Of a DNA stretch of 64,000 nt, positions 8,695-17,116 are shown in pieces. The translations under genes were made by a program, and so were the position numbers. The DNA is from an uncultured Phycisphaeraceae bacterium (GTDB lineage: Bacteria > Planctomycetota > Phycisphaerae > UBA1845). The notes beneath the pieces were generated by a model that saw only the letters and a list, made by a program, of their open reading frames with translations, was not told the origin of the DNA and made no database searches. The stretch lies in the NCBI GenBank assembly GCA_964494205.1, contig CAZBRD010000004.1, positions 164,170 to 228,169 on the forward strand, given 5' to 3'. Numbering within the stretch: position 1 is the first letter of the stretch; each line of letters begins with the position of its first letter.

Positions 8695-10497
8695 GTGGCC
8701 TGGCCAAACGCGCAACGTCCCCTCTGGCGACCGCTCACGAGGCTGGAGTATATTTCGACCGTGAACAGGTCGTACATTCCAACCGCGCTGGTGGCGATTA
8801 TTTATTGCATCATCGTGTTCTTTGTGCCCAAGAACGGGTTTTGGATCAACGACAACGGCTGCAAGCTTCTGCAAACTCGCAACCTCGATGCGAAAGGGCC
8901 TTCAGACGCATCGATCGATTGGCCCGGTGCGTCGATCGATCCTGATTTTCGCTTCGTCCCCATTCGACCGCCATTCGGCTACGTGGACGAAGCCAAACTG
9001 TTCATCCAGTATTCGCCCATTTTTGCGCTACTCTCGGTTCTGCCGTACCGCGCGTTTGGCATGGCGGGACTTTACATTCTTCCTCTGATCGGAGGAATCC
9101 TAACGATCGAAGCCGTGCGAAGGCTCAGTGTGCTGCTCATATTTGGGAATCCTGCGCCAACCGCTGGCGACACGACGGCTGAGTCGCTTGCAAAGTATGC
9201 GGCATTGTTCGGCGCTCTCGTCGCAGGGCTTGCAACACCTATCATGTTCTACAGCTCGGTTTTCTGGGAACACACCATTTCTATCGCGCTCGTCTCATGG
9301 GCGGCTGTGCTCATGGTCAAGCGATTTCTCGGAGCGGGCAAAGGAACGCTCATCGGTTCGGCGGCCGCGCTGGCGCTCTCTATCTACTTTCGCGATGACA
9401 TGTACCTGCTGGCAGCCGTGTGGGTTGCGATGCTCTTTTTCTCCCGATACACCCACCGCGACTCGATCTTGTTCGTCATCACCGGGTTAATCGTCTGCAT
9501 CCCACTGTGGACATATCACTATTTCCTTCTGGGCAATCCGCTCGGGTTTCACTTCAGCGGTACCGGACCGTTTCATGCAGGTTTTTCGATCTACCTATCT
9601 GAGCGCTGGTCTGTTTTCCGCAATCTGTTTCTCAGCTCGCTTTCGCATTCGCAAGCATCGATTATGTCTTCTATTCCGTTCTTTTTGTGTTTGCTCATCG
9701 CAGCCAAAAAACGGCTCGCATTGAGCTCGCAAGTAACCGTGCTCATGTCAGTCATCGCTTGCGTCGCTGGCTTGGGAATCTTGCTCGATCATCTTTCGTC
9801 TCCGCTCCCGTTGCGTCATCTCTTGTCATCATTCAGTTTTTTCGCGGCCAGCCCAATCCTGTTGATCGCTTCGTTCGGGCCTTCGAACGAATCTCTCCAC
9901 ACCACCGTACATACATTCGCGATTCGATGGATCATTAGACTATTGCTCGGGTATTTTCTTCTTTATGCGCTGGTCGCCCCGCCCGAAAACGCAACGGCCA
10001 TCCAGTGGGGTTGTCGTTTTCTGCTGCCGGGGTATCCACTACTTGCCGCACTCGCTGGAGCGACTCTCGCTCAAGTGTACCGGCAGAGAGATGGCGAAAA
10101 GCTGATGCGATGGCTTGCAGGTTCGCTGCTCGCGATTTCGATTGCGTTGCAAGCCTATTCGATTTCGCTGCTCTATCGCCGCCAGAACACGTGCGCCCAG
10201 TTGAATCGTATCGTCTCGCAGCAAAAGGCGGACGCGATCGTGACCGACGCATGGTTCCTCGGGCAGGAACTTGCGCCGATCTTCTTCGACCGGCCCATAT
10301 TTCAATTCACACAACATTCTCAATGGCCGGAACTCGAATCCATGCTTTTCGATCATGGCGTGCAAAGTGTACTACTCATTCAGGACCTGCGCTCCGGCGT
10401 GTCTCCTCCGCGGCTGGCGATCTTCGATGATGGGATGGGACTGATTCGTGTCGGCATGCAGGTCCAATCGATCGCTCCGGGCGCGGGCCATCAATGA
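8695..10497 (+). CDS. Polytopic membrane protein, possible GT-C-type glycosyltransferase
   Basis: 600-aa ORF with more than 10 hydrophobic segments and a soluble-looking C-terminal ~110 aa. The function is only a guess from architecture; the start codon is uncertain. Confidence 0.55.
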   Translation: MAWPNAQRPLWRPLTRLEYISTVNRSYIPTALVAIIYCIIVFFVPKNGFWINDNGCKLLQTRNLDAKGPSDASIDWPGASIDPDFRFVPIRPPFGYVDEAKLFIQYSPIFALLSVLPYRAFGMAGLYILPLIGGILTIEAVRRLSVLLIFGNPAPTAGDTTAESLAKYAALFGALVAGLATPIMFYSSVFWEHTISIALVSWAAVLMVKRFLGAGKGTLIGSAAALALSIYFRDDMYLLAAVWVAMLFFSRYTHRDSILFVITGLIVCIPLWTYHYFLLGNPLGFHFSGTGPFHAGFSIYLSERWSVFRNLFLSSLSHSQASIMSSIPFFLCLLIAAKKRLALSSQVTVLMSVIACVAGLGILLDHLSSPLPLRHLLSSFSFFAASPILLIASFGPSNESLHTTVHTFAIRWIIRLLLGYFLLYALVAPPENATAIQWGCRFLLPGYPLLAALAGATLAQVYRQRDGEKLMRWLAGSLLAISIALQAYSISLLYRRQNTCAQLNRIVSQQKADAIVTDAWFLGQELAPIFFDRPIFQFTQHSQWPELESMLFDHGVQSVLLIQDLRSGVSPPRLAIFDDGMGLIRVGMQVQSIAPGAGHQ

Positions 10498-10706
10498 CAG
10501 AACCCATTTGGCCATGAACGCAATGCGCCACGTGCGTCCCATAGACAACTGGTCTCACCGATATGGTTGGCCCTTATCGCCACCAGTCTGGCTGACGTTT
10601 CGCCCAATTGTGCCGGTTTTCTCGTGCGTGGAGCCACTTGAGCCGATGATGCAAGCGTTCTATACTTCGCCTTTTTGACCTGTTTTATGCTGAGGGAGAA
10701 GGTACT

Positions 10707-11327
10707 GTGACGACGATCAAAGCAACGAATATCAAGTGGCACGAGGGGCACGTCAGCCGCGAAGAACGCGAGAATCTGCTTGGCCAAAAGGGCGCACTCA
10801 TTTGGATGACCGGCCTCAGCGGATCAGGCAAGAGCACCATCGCGTACACGCTGGAACACCTGCTCGTGCAGCGTAAGCATATGAGCTACGTGCTCGACGG
10901 CGACAACATCCGCCACGGCCTCAACAAGAACCTCGGCTTCAGCGCGGATGATCGCACGGAAAACATTCGCCGTATCGGCGAAGTCGGCAAGCTCTTTGTC
11001 GACTCGGGCATCATTACCATCACCGCGTTCATCAGTCCGTATCGCGCCGATCGCGACAACGCCCGCCAAATTCTTGGCGAGGGCAACTTCTTCGAAGTGC
11101 ACTGCAACACGCCGATCGAAACGTGCGAGAAGCGTGACCCGAAAGGTCTATACAAGAAAGCCCGCGCCGGCGAGATCAAGGGCTTCACGGGTATTGATGA
11201 CCCCTATGAAGCGCCGAACAAACCCGAATTGACGATCGACGCAACCAATACATCACCACAAGACGCGGCGATCATGCTGGTCAACATGCTGGAAAAAGCG
11301 GGCAAGATTCCGGCGCTAAAGGACTAG
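10707..11327 (+). CDS. cysC: Adenylyl-sulfate (APS) kinase
   Basis: P-loop GLSGSGKST, followed by VLDGDNIRHGLNKNLGFSADDRTENIRRIGEV...ITAFISPYRADRD...RDPKGLYKKARAGEIKGFTGIDDPYE. GTG start with ggagaagg upstream. Confidence 0.95.
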   Translation: MTTIKATNIKWHEGHVSREERENLLGQKGALIWMTGLSGSGKSTIAYTLEHLLVQRKHMSYVLDGDNIRHGLNKNLGFSADDRTENIRRIGEVGKLFVDSGIITITAFISPYRADRDNARQILGEGNFFEVHCNTPIETCEKRDPKGLYKKARAGEIKGFTGIDDPYEAPNKPELTIDATNTSPQDAAIMLVNMLEKAGKIPALKD

Positions 11328-11328
11328 G

Positions 11329-11430
11329 CATCAGAACCGCGACCGCAAAGAAGCGGCCTCGATCTTATTTCGAGTAGCTCGTCAATAATCCCACGACGAC
11401 TTCGCAGTGCCGAGAATCCGTTCTCGGCAC
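11329..11430 (+). repeat. ~100-bp composite repeat element (5' CATCAGAACCGCGACCGC...GCGGCC, 3' GTGCCGAGAA-N4-TTCTCGGCAC hairpin)
   Basis: It starts 2 nt after the cysC stop. The same two ends recur as two tandem copies inside mnmG (55644-55824), and the 3' hairpin alone recurs at 334-355 and 13145-13168. Confidence 0.75.
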
Positions 11431-11439
11431 TTTTTGTTT
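11407..11439 (+). terminator. Intrinsic terminator after cysC, formed by the repeat hairpin
   Basis: gtgccgagaa-tccg-ttctcggcac followed by tttttgttt. Confidence 0.7.
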
Positions 11440-11663
11440 GGTCTTTGCGCCTTCGTGTCTTTATAGTTCATCTTTGGTCGCATTCGTCAATTCTTATTCG
11501 CCCGATAAGGCTCACCGTCCGCTGATATCGACTCGCTCTCATCGCCAGCGGCCACACTTCCGGTCTCCCGCCGGCGAAATTGCCCAAATTGTAGGCTGAC
11601 CTTTGGTGCGCATGTAGTTCGCCGCGCAAGCGTCATGCGCATCGAAAGCTCGGGGGGAAAGAC

Positions 11664-12701
11664 ATGTCTCGAGTACGCTCTTATCGCACGGTCTTGAACT
11701 GTTTGTTGGGTTTGGCTTCTTTCGTGGCTGCGATCGCGATTTCCGGTTGCACTCCGATTCCTAGTGACGCTCAGCAAATCAATGGGCCCGAAGATTCGGA
11801 TCCGGACGGACAATTAGACGCGAACGACAACGATCAGAATCCCGCGACAGACGACACGGGGGACACCGTCCCAGCGCTGCCGCCCGACACACCAACTGAT
11901 GATACCGACGATAACGGCGAGACTGTCAACGACAACGTAGATGTCGGCGCGGATGATACACCTCCACCCAATGATGCGGATGACGATTTAGACGTGGCCG
12001 AGACTCCATTCGACCCGTTCGAAGAGACTCCGTTCCTGCCACCGGCTGAGGCGCCCGCCGATCCGAATCCGCCGACAGGTGGAACCGGCGGCAACCCGGA
12101 CCCACCTGCTCAGGATCCACCAGCGCAAGACCCACCGGCCCAGGACCCACCTGCCGAGGACCCACCAGCGGAAGATCCACCGGCTGAAGATCCTCCCGCG
12201 GAAGATCCTCCGTCAGGAGAGCATCCGCCTGAGCAACCGCCAGCCGACTGGCCTGACAACGCTTACTGTGCACCTTCCGAGTTTTGGTTTGATACGTGGG
12301 CCGGCTTTGAAGAGCAGGTACTCGTGCTCGTCAATCAACATCGTGCAGCCGGTGCTAACTGCGGCAGCGCGGGATCGTTCGCCGCGACCACACCGCTCAC
12401 CATGAATCCGAATCTACGTTGCGCCGCTCGTGCTCACTCGACAGACATGAATGTCCGTGATTTCTTCTCGCACACCAATCCGGATGGCCAAGGTCCGGGA
12501 TGGCGAATCACACAATCCGGTTACAGCTTCTCGTGGTGGGGTGAGAACATTGCTTGGGGATACCCGACACCTGAGTCAGTAGTGTTAGGCTGGATGAACA
12601 GCCCCGGCCACTGTGCGAACATCATGAACTCGAACTTCACCGAAATCGGCGTTGGCTATTACCAGGACAACTACTGGACGCAGGCGTTCGGAAGACCTTA
12701 G
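11664..12701 (+). CDS. Lipoprotein with an Asp/Pro-rich linker and a C-terminal CAP/SCP (YkwD-like) domain
   Basis: Signal with lipobox AISGC. C-terminal domain: LVNQHRAAGANCGS...LRCAARAHSTDMNVRDFFSHTNPDG...GENIAWGY...VVLGWMNSPGHCANIMNSNFTEIGVGY. SD-like gggggaaag upstream. Confidence 0.8.
   Translation: MSRVRSYRTVLNCLLGLASFVAAIAISGCTPIPSDAQQINGPEDSDPDGQLDANDNDQNPATDDTGDTVPALPPDTPTDDTDDNGETVNDNVDVGADDTPPPNDADDDLDVAETPFDPFEETPFLPPAEAPADPNPPTGGTGGNPDPPAQDPPAQDPPAQDPPAEDPPAEDPPAEDPPAEDPPSGEHPPEQPPADWPDNAYCAPSEFWFDTWAGFEEQVLVLVNQHRAAGANCGSAGSFAATTPLTMNPNLRCAARAHSTDMNVRDFFSHTNPDGQGPGWRITQSGYSFSWWGENIAWGYPTPESVVLGWMNSPGHCANIMNSNFTEIGVGYYQDNYWTQAFGRP
12099..12212 (+). repeat. In-frame 15-bp tandem repeat (about 7 units) encoding PAQDP/PAEDP
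   Basis: ccacctgctcaggat-type units translate to PAQDPPAQDPPAQDPPAEDPPAEDPPAEDPPAEDP, inside the CAP-domain lipoprotein gene. Confidence 0.85.
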
Positions 12702-12736
12702 CCAACTTCTTAACTAATTAGAAAGTGAGCTATGCA

Positions 12737-12776
12737 AAGGTCACGGCATGCTGAAAAGCTGCCGTGACCTTTTTTC
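12737..12776 (+). terminator. Intrinsic terminator after the CAP-domain gene
   Basis: aaggtcacggca-tgctgaaaagc-tgccgtgacctt followed by a T tract. Confidence 0.75.
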
Positions 12777-12864
12777 ATTGACATCACACCATACCCAACT
12801 CTAATCTACCTGCGCCTGTTGCAAGCGCTACCGCGCGAGCTGCAGGCCGACAATTGAATACATA

Positions 12865-13053
12865 GCGACTGTGGGTGTTCATCAACTCGATGAACCCAAG
12901 GGAAGGTGGTGCGAATCCACCGCGGACCCGCCGCTGTAATCGGGTACGAACGCTGCAATTAGCCATTCGTGAAAAAGGTTAAAACCAACCTCAACGCGGA
13001 GAAGGCGCAGTTAGTAGGACGATCCGTGAGCCAGAAGACCTGCCCGCCGTCGC
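12865..13053 (+). promoter_or_regulatory. Cobalamin (B12) riboswitch
   Basis: Conserved blocks read directly: AAGGGAAGGTGGTGCGAATCCACCGCGGACCCGCCGCTGTAA, GCCATTC, GAGAAGGCGC, and the B12 box GAGCCAGAAGACCTGCC. A P1-like pairing gcgac..ggg (12865-) with ccc..gtcgc (-13053) closes the element. It compares well with the E. coli btuB leader blocks (GGGAAUCCAGUGCGAAUCUGG..GCGGUAAGG, GCCAUUC, AGCCCGAAGACCUGCC). Confidence 0.9.
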
Positions 13054-13144
13054 CAATGTTGATGGGACGCTCTCGGTGTTTGGAGCGTCGCGATCAGCGG
13101 CGACACAAGTTCGCGCTTTCTCTGATCTGTTGGATCGGTTCGCT

Positions 13145-13168
13145 GTGCCGAGAATCCCTTCTCGGCAC
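13145..13168. repeat. GTGCCGAGAA-N4-TTCTCGGCAC palindromic repeat copy
   Basis: gtgccgagaatcccttctcggcac, with no T tract after it. Located in the riboswitch-to-gene spacer. Confidence 0.7.
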
Positions 13169-13213
13169 ACGATTGACCATGAAAGCTCGAACTCGCATGT
13201 GACGACCTCTTAT

Positions 13214-13254
13214 CCCGACGTTTCGTTCATTCGATGCGTCGGGATTTTTCTTTT
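13214..13254 (+). terminator. Intrinsic terminator, candidate expression platform of the B12 riboswitch
   Basis: cccgacg-tttcgttcattcgatg-cgtcggg followed by atttttctttt. It lies between the riboswitch aptamer and the ggaggaggtaggagg RBS of the 13305 gene. Confidence 0.65.
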
Positions 13255-13304
13255 GGTTCCGCGTTGATCCGCGAGGTTCGGACGGCGAGGAGGTAGGAGG
13301 TCGT

Positions 13305-14447
13305 ATGTCGGTCTTTTCACACCGCTCAAATGTGCTTTCCGGAAAAAAGAAGCAAACAGTTTTCTCAGCGTTATTGATAGTCCCCCTTTTCGCCGCGGCT
13401 GTTACTACTGCCCGGGCCGATCTCTTCAACGAATATGACTATTTCGGCGCTTTTGGCGTCCCGCCCGACACCTACGCATTTGACGTCCTGCCCGATGGCC
13501 GACTCGTCACGGTTTCCGGCGACCACGTTTTCGTTGAATCCAACCTGCTTTCCCGCGACTTTGTCGACCTGGGCCAACTCCCCGCCGGCGACATCGGTTC
13601 CTTCGGCGTCGCGTTTCTTCGAGTGTCACCTGATGGCACAAGAATCGCCATCGGCAACAACGGCGGCGCGACGTTTTCAAACTATCAGGTCGGTGTCTTC
13701 ACGTTCCCGACACTGACGGGAACTTGGTTCGACGTCAACCACTTCGACGCGGAGTGGTACAATAACACTTTCCTGGCGCTGACCACCAGCAGCAGCGACG
13801 TGACAATGCTTGACACCGCAAGCCCGAACCCGGCCAGCCCCATCAATCCCGTCATCGTCTCCAACGTCAGCGGCGCCTCAGCCGGTATCACTTTCGATGC
13901 GAGTGGAAACCTTTACACCGGCGACGGCTTCTCCCCTACCGACACGGGCGTGATCAAAGCATTCTCACCTTTGCAATGGTTGCCCGCTCTCACCGGCGGA
14001 CAGGCTGCGGACTTTCAAACCGGCGGCACCACCATTGTTGACATACTCTCCGCCGCATCGCTGGGCTTCGATGCCGAAGGCAATCTTCACGTCGCAGGCG
14101 GGGATTTCGTTGGCGGCGCCGACGTGGATTTCGTCGCCCTGGCCAATGGCAACAACGTTCAATCAGCCCTGAACGGCGGCGGTCCCATCGATGTGCTGAA
14201 CGCGTCGCAACTTCGCCGCCTCGATCCGGAACCGGCGAACCCGTTCAATTTCTACAACACGAATCACAACCTGATCACCGGAGAGCTGTACGTCCAGGAC
14301 TTCGGCTCACCTGTAGTGCACGTGTACAGCGCGGGCTCACCGGTGCCGACAGCCTCCACGTGGGGCCTCGTCATTATGGCTGGCTTGCTACTGGTTGCCG
14401 CCAGAATCACGTTCCCGCGTTTTCACGCGCGAACGCAGTCCGCGTGA
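13305..14447 (+). CDS. Secreted repeat (possibly beta-propeller-like) protein with an IPTL-type C-terminal sorting signal
   Basis: Signal peptide ...PLFAAAVTTARA. Recurring motifs DGRLVTVSGD, SPDGTRIAIGNNGG, DASGNLYTGDG, DAEGNLHVAGGD, TGELYVQD. C-terminus VPTASTWGLVIMAGLLLVAARITFPRFHAR. Strong SD upstream. Confidence 0.8.
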   Translation: MSVFSHRSNVLSGKKKQTVFSALLIVPLFAAAVTTARADLFNEYDYFGAFGVPPDTYAFDVLPDGRLVTVSGDHVFVESNLLSRDFVDLGQLPAGDIGSFGVAFLRVSPDGTRIAIGNNGGATFSNYQVGVFTFPTLTGTWFDVNHFDAEWYNNTFLALTTSSSDVTMLDTASPNPASPINPVIVSNVSGASAGITFDASGNLYTGDGFSPTDTGVIKAFSPLQWLPALTGGQAADFQTGGTTIVDILSAASLGFDAEGNLHVAGGDFVGGADVDFVALANGNNVQSALNGGGPIDVLNASQLRRLDPEPANPFNFYNTNHNLITGELYVQDFGSPVVHVYSAGSPVPTASTWGLVIMAGLLLVAARITFPRFHARTQSA

Positions 14448-14499
14448 GCTGTCGTGCCATGAATCGTTTGAGAGTTGTGGGCATGAAAGGCGATTTCGC

Positions 14500-15696
14500 G
14501 TGATTTCCAAATACAACCATCGTCTCGCGCGAAACCCCTTCACGGGGCCAGCTAAGCTGTCTGTGTTAATCGCAGTCGGCGTCGGCAGCTTGTTATCATC
14601 ACAGGCACCTTGCGTGGCTGGTACGCCCTTCGCTGCTACCATTGTTGACTACACACCCGCACCCGGGCAATTCGTCAACAACGCGACCTTCAACGATCCG
14701 TTGGCCGCGATTGGTCCACCCGAAGGTAACGGCATCATCGATGGCAATGATCTGGGTGTTGTCACCCTCGGCGGGTTTGGCGGTACTATCGTCTTGAAAT
14801 TCGATCACACGGTGCTCGACGACCCGGCTAATCCATATGGCCTCGATGCGATCGTATTCGGCAATTCGTTTTGGGTCGGCGGCAACCCCAATCGCCGCTG
14901 GGCCGAGTGCGCCTACATCGAAATAAGTCTCGACGCCAATCACAACGGCCAACCCGACGATTCGTGGTTCCTCATCCCGGGTTCTCATCTCGATGACCCA
15001 ATCGAGCAGGAAGAGACGCAAACGTGGGATCGCAACGTGGCTGACATGACATATCCGCCCGCCAATGCCGCGTGGATTCCGTTGCCAATGCCTGACACTT
15101 GGTCAACGACAGCCTTGCATCTGCCGCCCGCGATGTTCGATTCGTCAATAGTCACAAATCCGAATGGCACGAGCGCGACCGTCGAAGGAATCTTCGGCTA
15201 CGCGGACTTGTCCCCGACTCTCATACTTGGCGATCTGGATGCGGACGACATCATCGACGATCCGTTTGCATCACCCGATCTGTTCTACACCGTTCCTGAC
15301 GACCCATGGGACGTCGGCGTAACGTCCGGGTCAGGCGGCGGCGATGCATTCGACATCGCATGGGCCACCGACGTGGAAACAGGCGACCCCGCTAACCTGC
15401 CCGGCTTCGATTTCATTCGCATCACCAACGCAGTGAACGCCATCAACGGACCGCTCGGTGAAAAATCAACCGAAATCGATGCTGTCTCTGATGTTCACCC
15501 CGAACCGTACGGCGATGTCACCGGCGATGGTTTGACAGACTTAACCGATTTCATGGATTGGCCGGCATGTCAAACTTCGCCGAATGAGCTCAACATCTTA
15601 GCGCCCATCGACTGTCTGCTCTTTGACCACAACCTCGACTCCGATGTCGACATGGTGGATTTCATCGCGTTTCAGCAATCAATCACCGGATCATGA
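14500..15696 (+). CDS. Secreted protein of unknown function with a C-terminal dockerin/EF-hand-like pair
   Basis: A GTG start at 14500 gives the signal peptide ISKYNHRLARNPFTGPAKLSVLIAVGVGSLLSSQAPCVAG; the ORF track start at 14395 would overlap the upstream gene. C-terminus: GDVTGDGLTDLTDFMDW...DHNLDSDVDMVDFIAFQ. Its stop overlaps the next start (ATGA). Confidence 0.7.
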   Translation: MISKYNHRLARNPFTGPAKLSVLIAVGVGSLLSSQAPCVAGTPFAATIVDYTPAPGQFVNNATFNDPLAAIGPPEGNGIIDGNDLGVVTLGGFGGTIVLKFDHTVLDDPANPYGLDAIVFGNSFWVGGNPNRRWAECAYIEISLDANHNGQPDDSWFLIPGSHLDDPIEQEETQTWDRNVADMTYPPANAAWIPLPMPDTWSTTALHLPPAMFDSSIVTNPNGTSATVEGIFGYADLSPTLILGDLDADDIIDDPFASPDLFYTVPDDPWDVGVTSGSGGGDAFDIAWATDVETGDPANLPGFDFIRITNAVNAINGPLGEKSTEIDAVSDVHPEPYGDVTGDGLTDLTDFMDWPACQTSPNELNILAPIDCLLFDHNLDSDVDMVDFIAFQQSITGS

Positions 15697-16466
15697 ATTC
15701 AAAACGCGCATTCACCTTGCTCGAAGTCCTCATTGTCGTAGGTGTCCTTGCGCTCCTATTCTCGCTGCTTATCCCGGGCCTCAGCAGCGCCCGAGCCCAG
15801 GCGAAACGTACGACATGTGCCTCCAACATTCGTCAGCTCGCCCTAGCCAACACTATGTACGCACAGGAGAACAAGAGCCGTTGTGTGCCCGGTGCGGCTG
15901 ACTTCGTCGCGAATCTCAAACGCTGGCACGGCTCGCGAGCGACGACCTCTCAACCCTTCGACTCCGCAAACGGTCCGCTGGTGCCATACATTGGCACCGA
16001 TCACGCGATCCGCGATTGCCCCGCCCTCGACGACTTCCGCACCAACGCCGGCGCATTCGAACGCGGCTGCGGCGGTTACGGATACAACAACGCATACATA
16101 GGAGTTCAGGGACGAGCGATGGCAGGCGGCTTCACGATCGAATCCGACAAGACCGGAACCATCCTGGAGCGCATCAAGAACCCCGCTGACACCCTCATGT
16201 TCTCGGACACAGCCTTCGCCTCAGCCGGGCTTATCGAATACAGCTTCGCCGAGCCTCGTTTTCAACCGGCCACCGACTTCCGCGCCGACCCCTCCATTCA
16301 CTTCCGACATTCGCTCCAATCCAACATCGCATGGTCGGATGGGCACGTTTCCCCCGAACGCCGCACCTTTACCTGGTCCAGCGGCCTATACGAGGGCGAT
16401 CCCGCCAAACTCAACCTTGGCTGGCTCGGAGACGCCGATAACAACTCACTCTTCGATCTCGAATAA
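15693..16466 (+). CDS. Prepilin-type N-terminal cleavage/methylation domain protein (DUF1559-like pseudopilin)
   Basis: N-terminus KRAFTLLEVLIVVGVLALLFSLLIPGLSSARAQAKRTTCASNIRQL (class III signal, FTLLE). C-terminal motif HFRHS...NIAWSDGHV. Translationally coupled to the upstream gene. Confidence 0.85.
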   Translation: MNSKRAFTLLEVLIVVGVLALLFSLLIPGLSSARAQAKRTTCASNIRQLALANTMYAQENKSRCVPGAADFVANLKRWHGSRATTSQPFDSANGPLVPYIGTDHAIRDCPALDDFRTNAGAFERGCGGYGYNNAYIGVQGRAMAGGFTIESDKTGTILERIKNPADTLMFSDTAFASAGLIEYSFAEPRFQPATDFRADPSIHFRHSLQSNIAWSDGHVSPERRTFTWSSGLYEGDPAKLNLGWLGDADNNSLFDLE

Positions 16467-17116
16467 TGCACCGCTGCTTTACGGACGTCGGAACCAAATA
16501 CAGTCCACAAGGTTGGCGGCGGCCATGTGATATTTGAACACCGGGACTTGTAGGCAAACGTCAGAAAGTTGGTAGTTGGGTGGGGAAAATTGGGTAATAG
16601 TACCCAAGTCGATTGATTGCCCAATCGGAATTGCCACCGATCAACTTTGGATTTTGAGAAGGGAAACGAAATGCAACATACACAAGTCATTTATTAAAAA
16701 TAACTTATAAACATTTCGATGAAATGCTGCGATTATTCTAAAGTCGTGGCACGCCCCTTGTAATAGTTTATTTCACCGAGGGATTGAGAAACCAAGATCG
16801 TCCGAGATGACTTAATGGGGGGTTGGACGGACGGCAGTGTCTCATCCCAAGGGGGACACAGCTTCATCCTCTGCGGGCGACCCGCCACGACGTGGACCCG
16901 CGATACTCTACGGGGGAGATGAGTATCGCGAGAATACCACGACGGTGGCGGGTAGCCGTTTTTACGCATCTATTTTGGTTCAACATACCTGCCTTTACCT
17001 AGTCAACCATCTTGCAGAACTCGCTAACGCGCCTCAAAACAATCCGCCGATACCTGTGAAATGTTACGAATAAACGATTCGTCATTTTCACGTCACAGGG
17101 GGCGAGGGTTAGTTGT

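Noticed and set aside
12969-13267. ORFs of 77 aa and 63 aa on the + strand between the CAP-domain gene and the 13305 gene.
   Set aside because: They overlap the cobalamin riboswitch aptamer, a palindromic repeat and the terminator. They have no RBS and are explained by the RNA element.
14395-14499. ORF-track start at 14395 for the second riboswitch-operon gene.
   Set aside because: It would overlap the upstream gene by 53 nt and add a non-signal-like N-terminus. An in-frame GTG at 14500 yields a canonical signal peptide.
16733-17073. Two overlapping 78-aa ORFs, one on each strand, upstream of the orphan kinase.
   Set aside because: They are mutually exclusive and overlap the nested-helix region. 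Neither has a convincing RBS or motif. The region is reported instead as a candidate RNA element.
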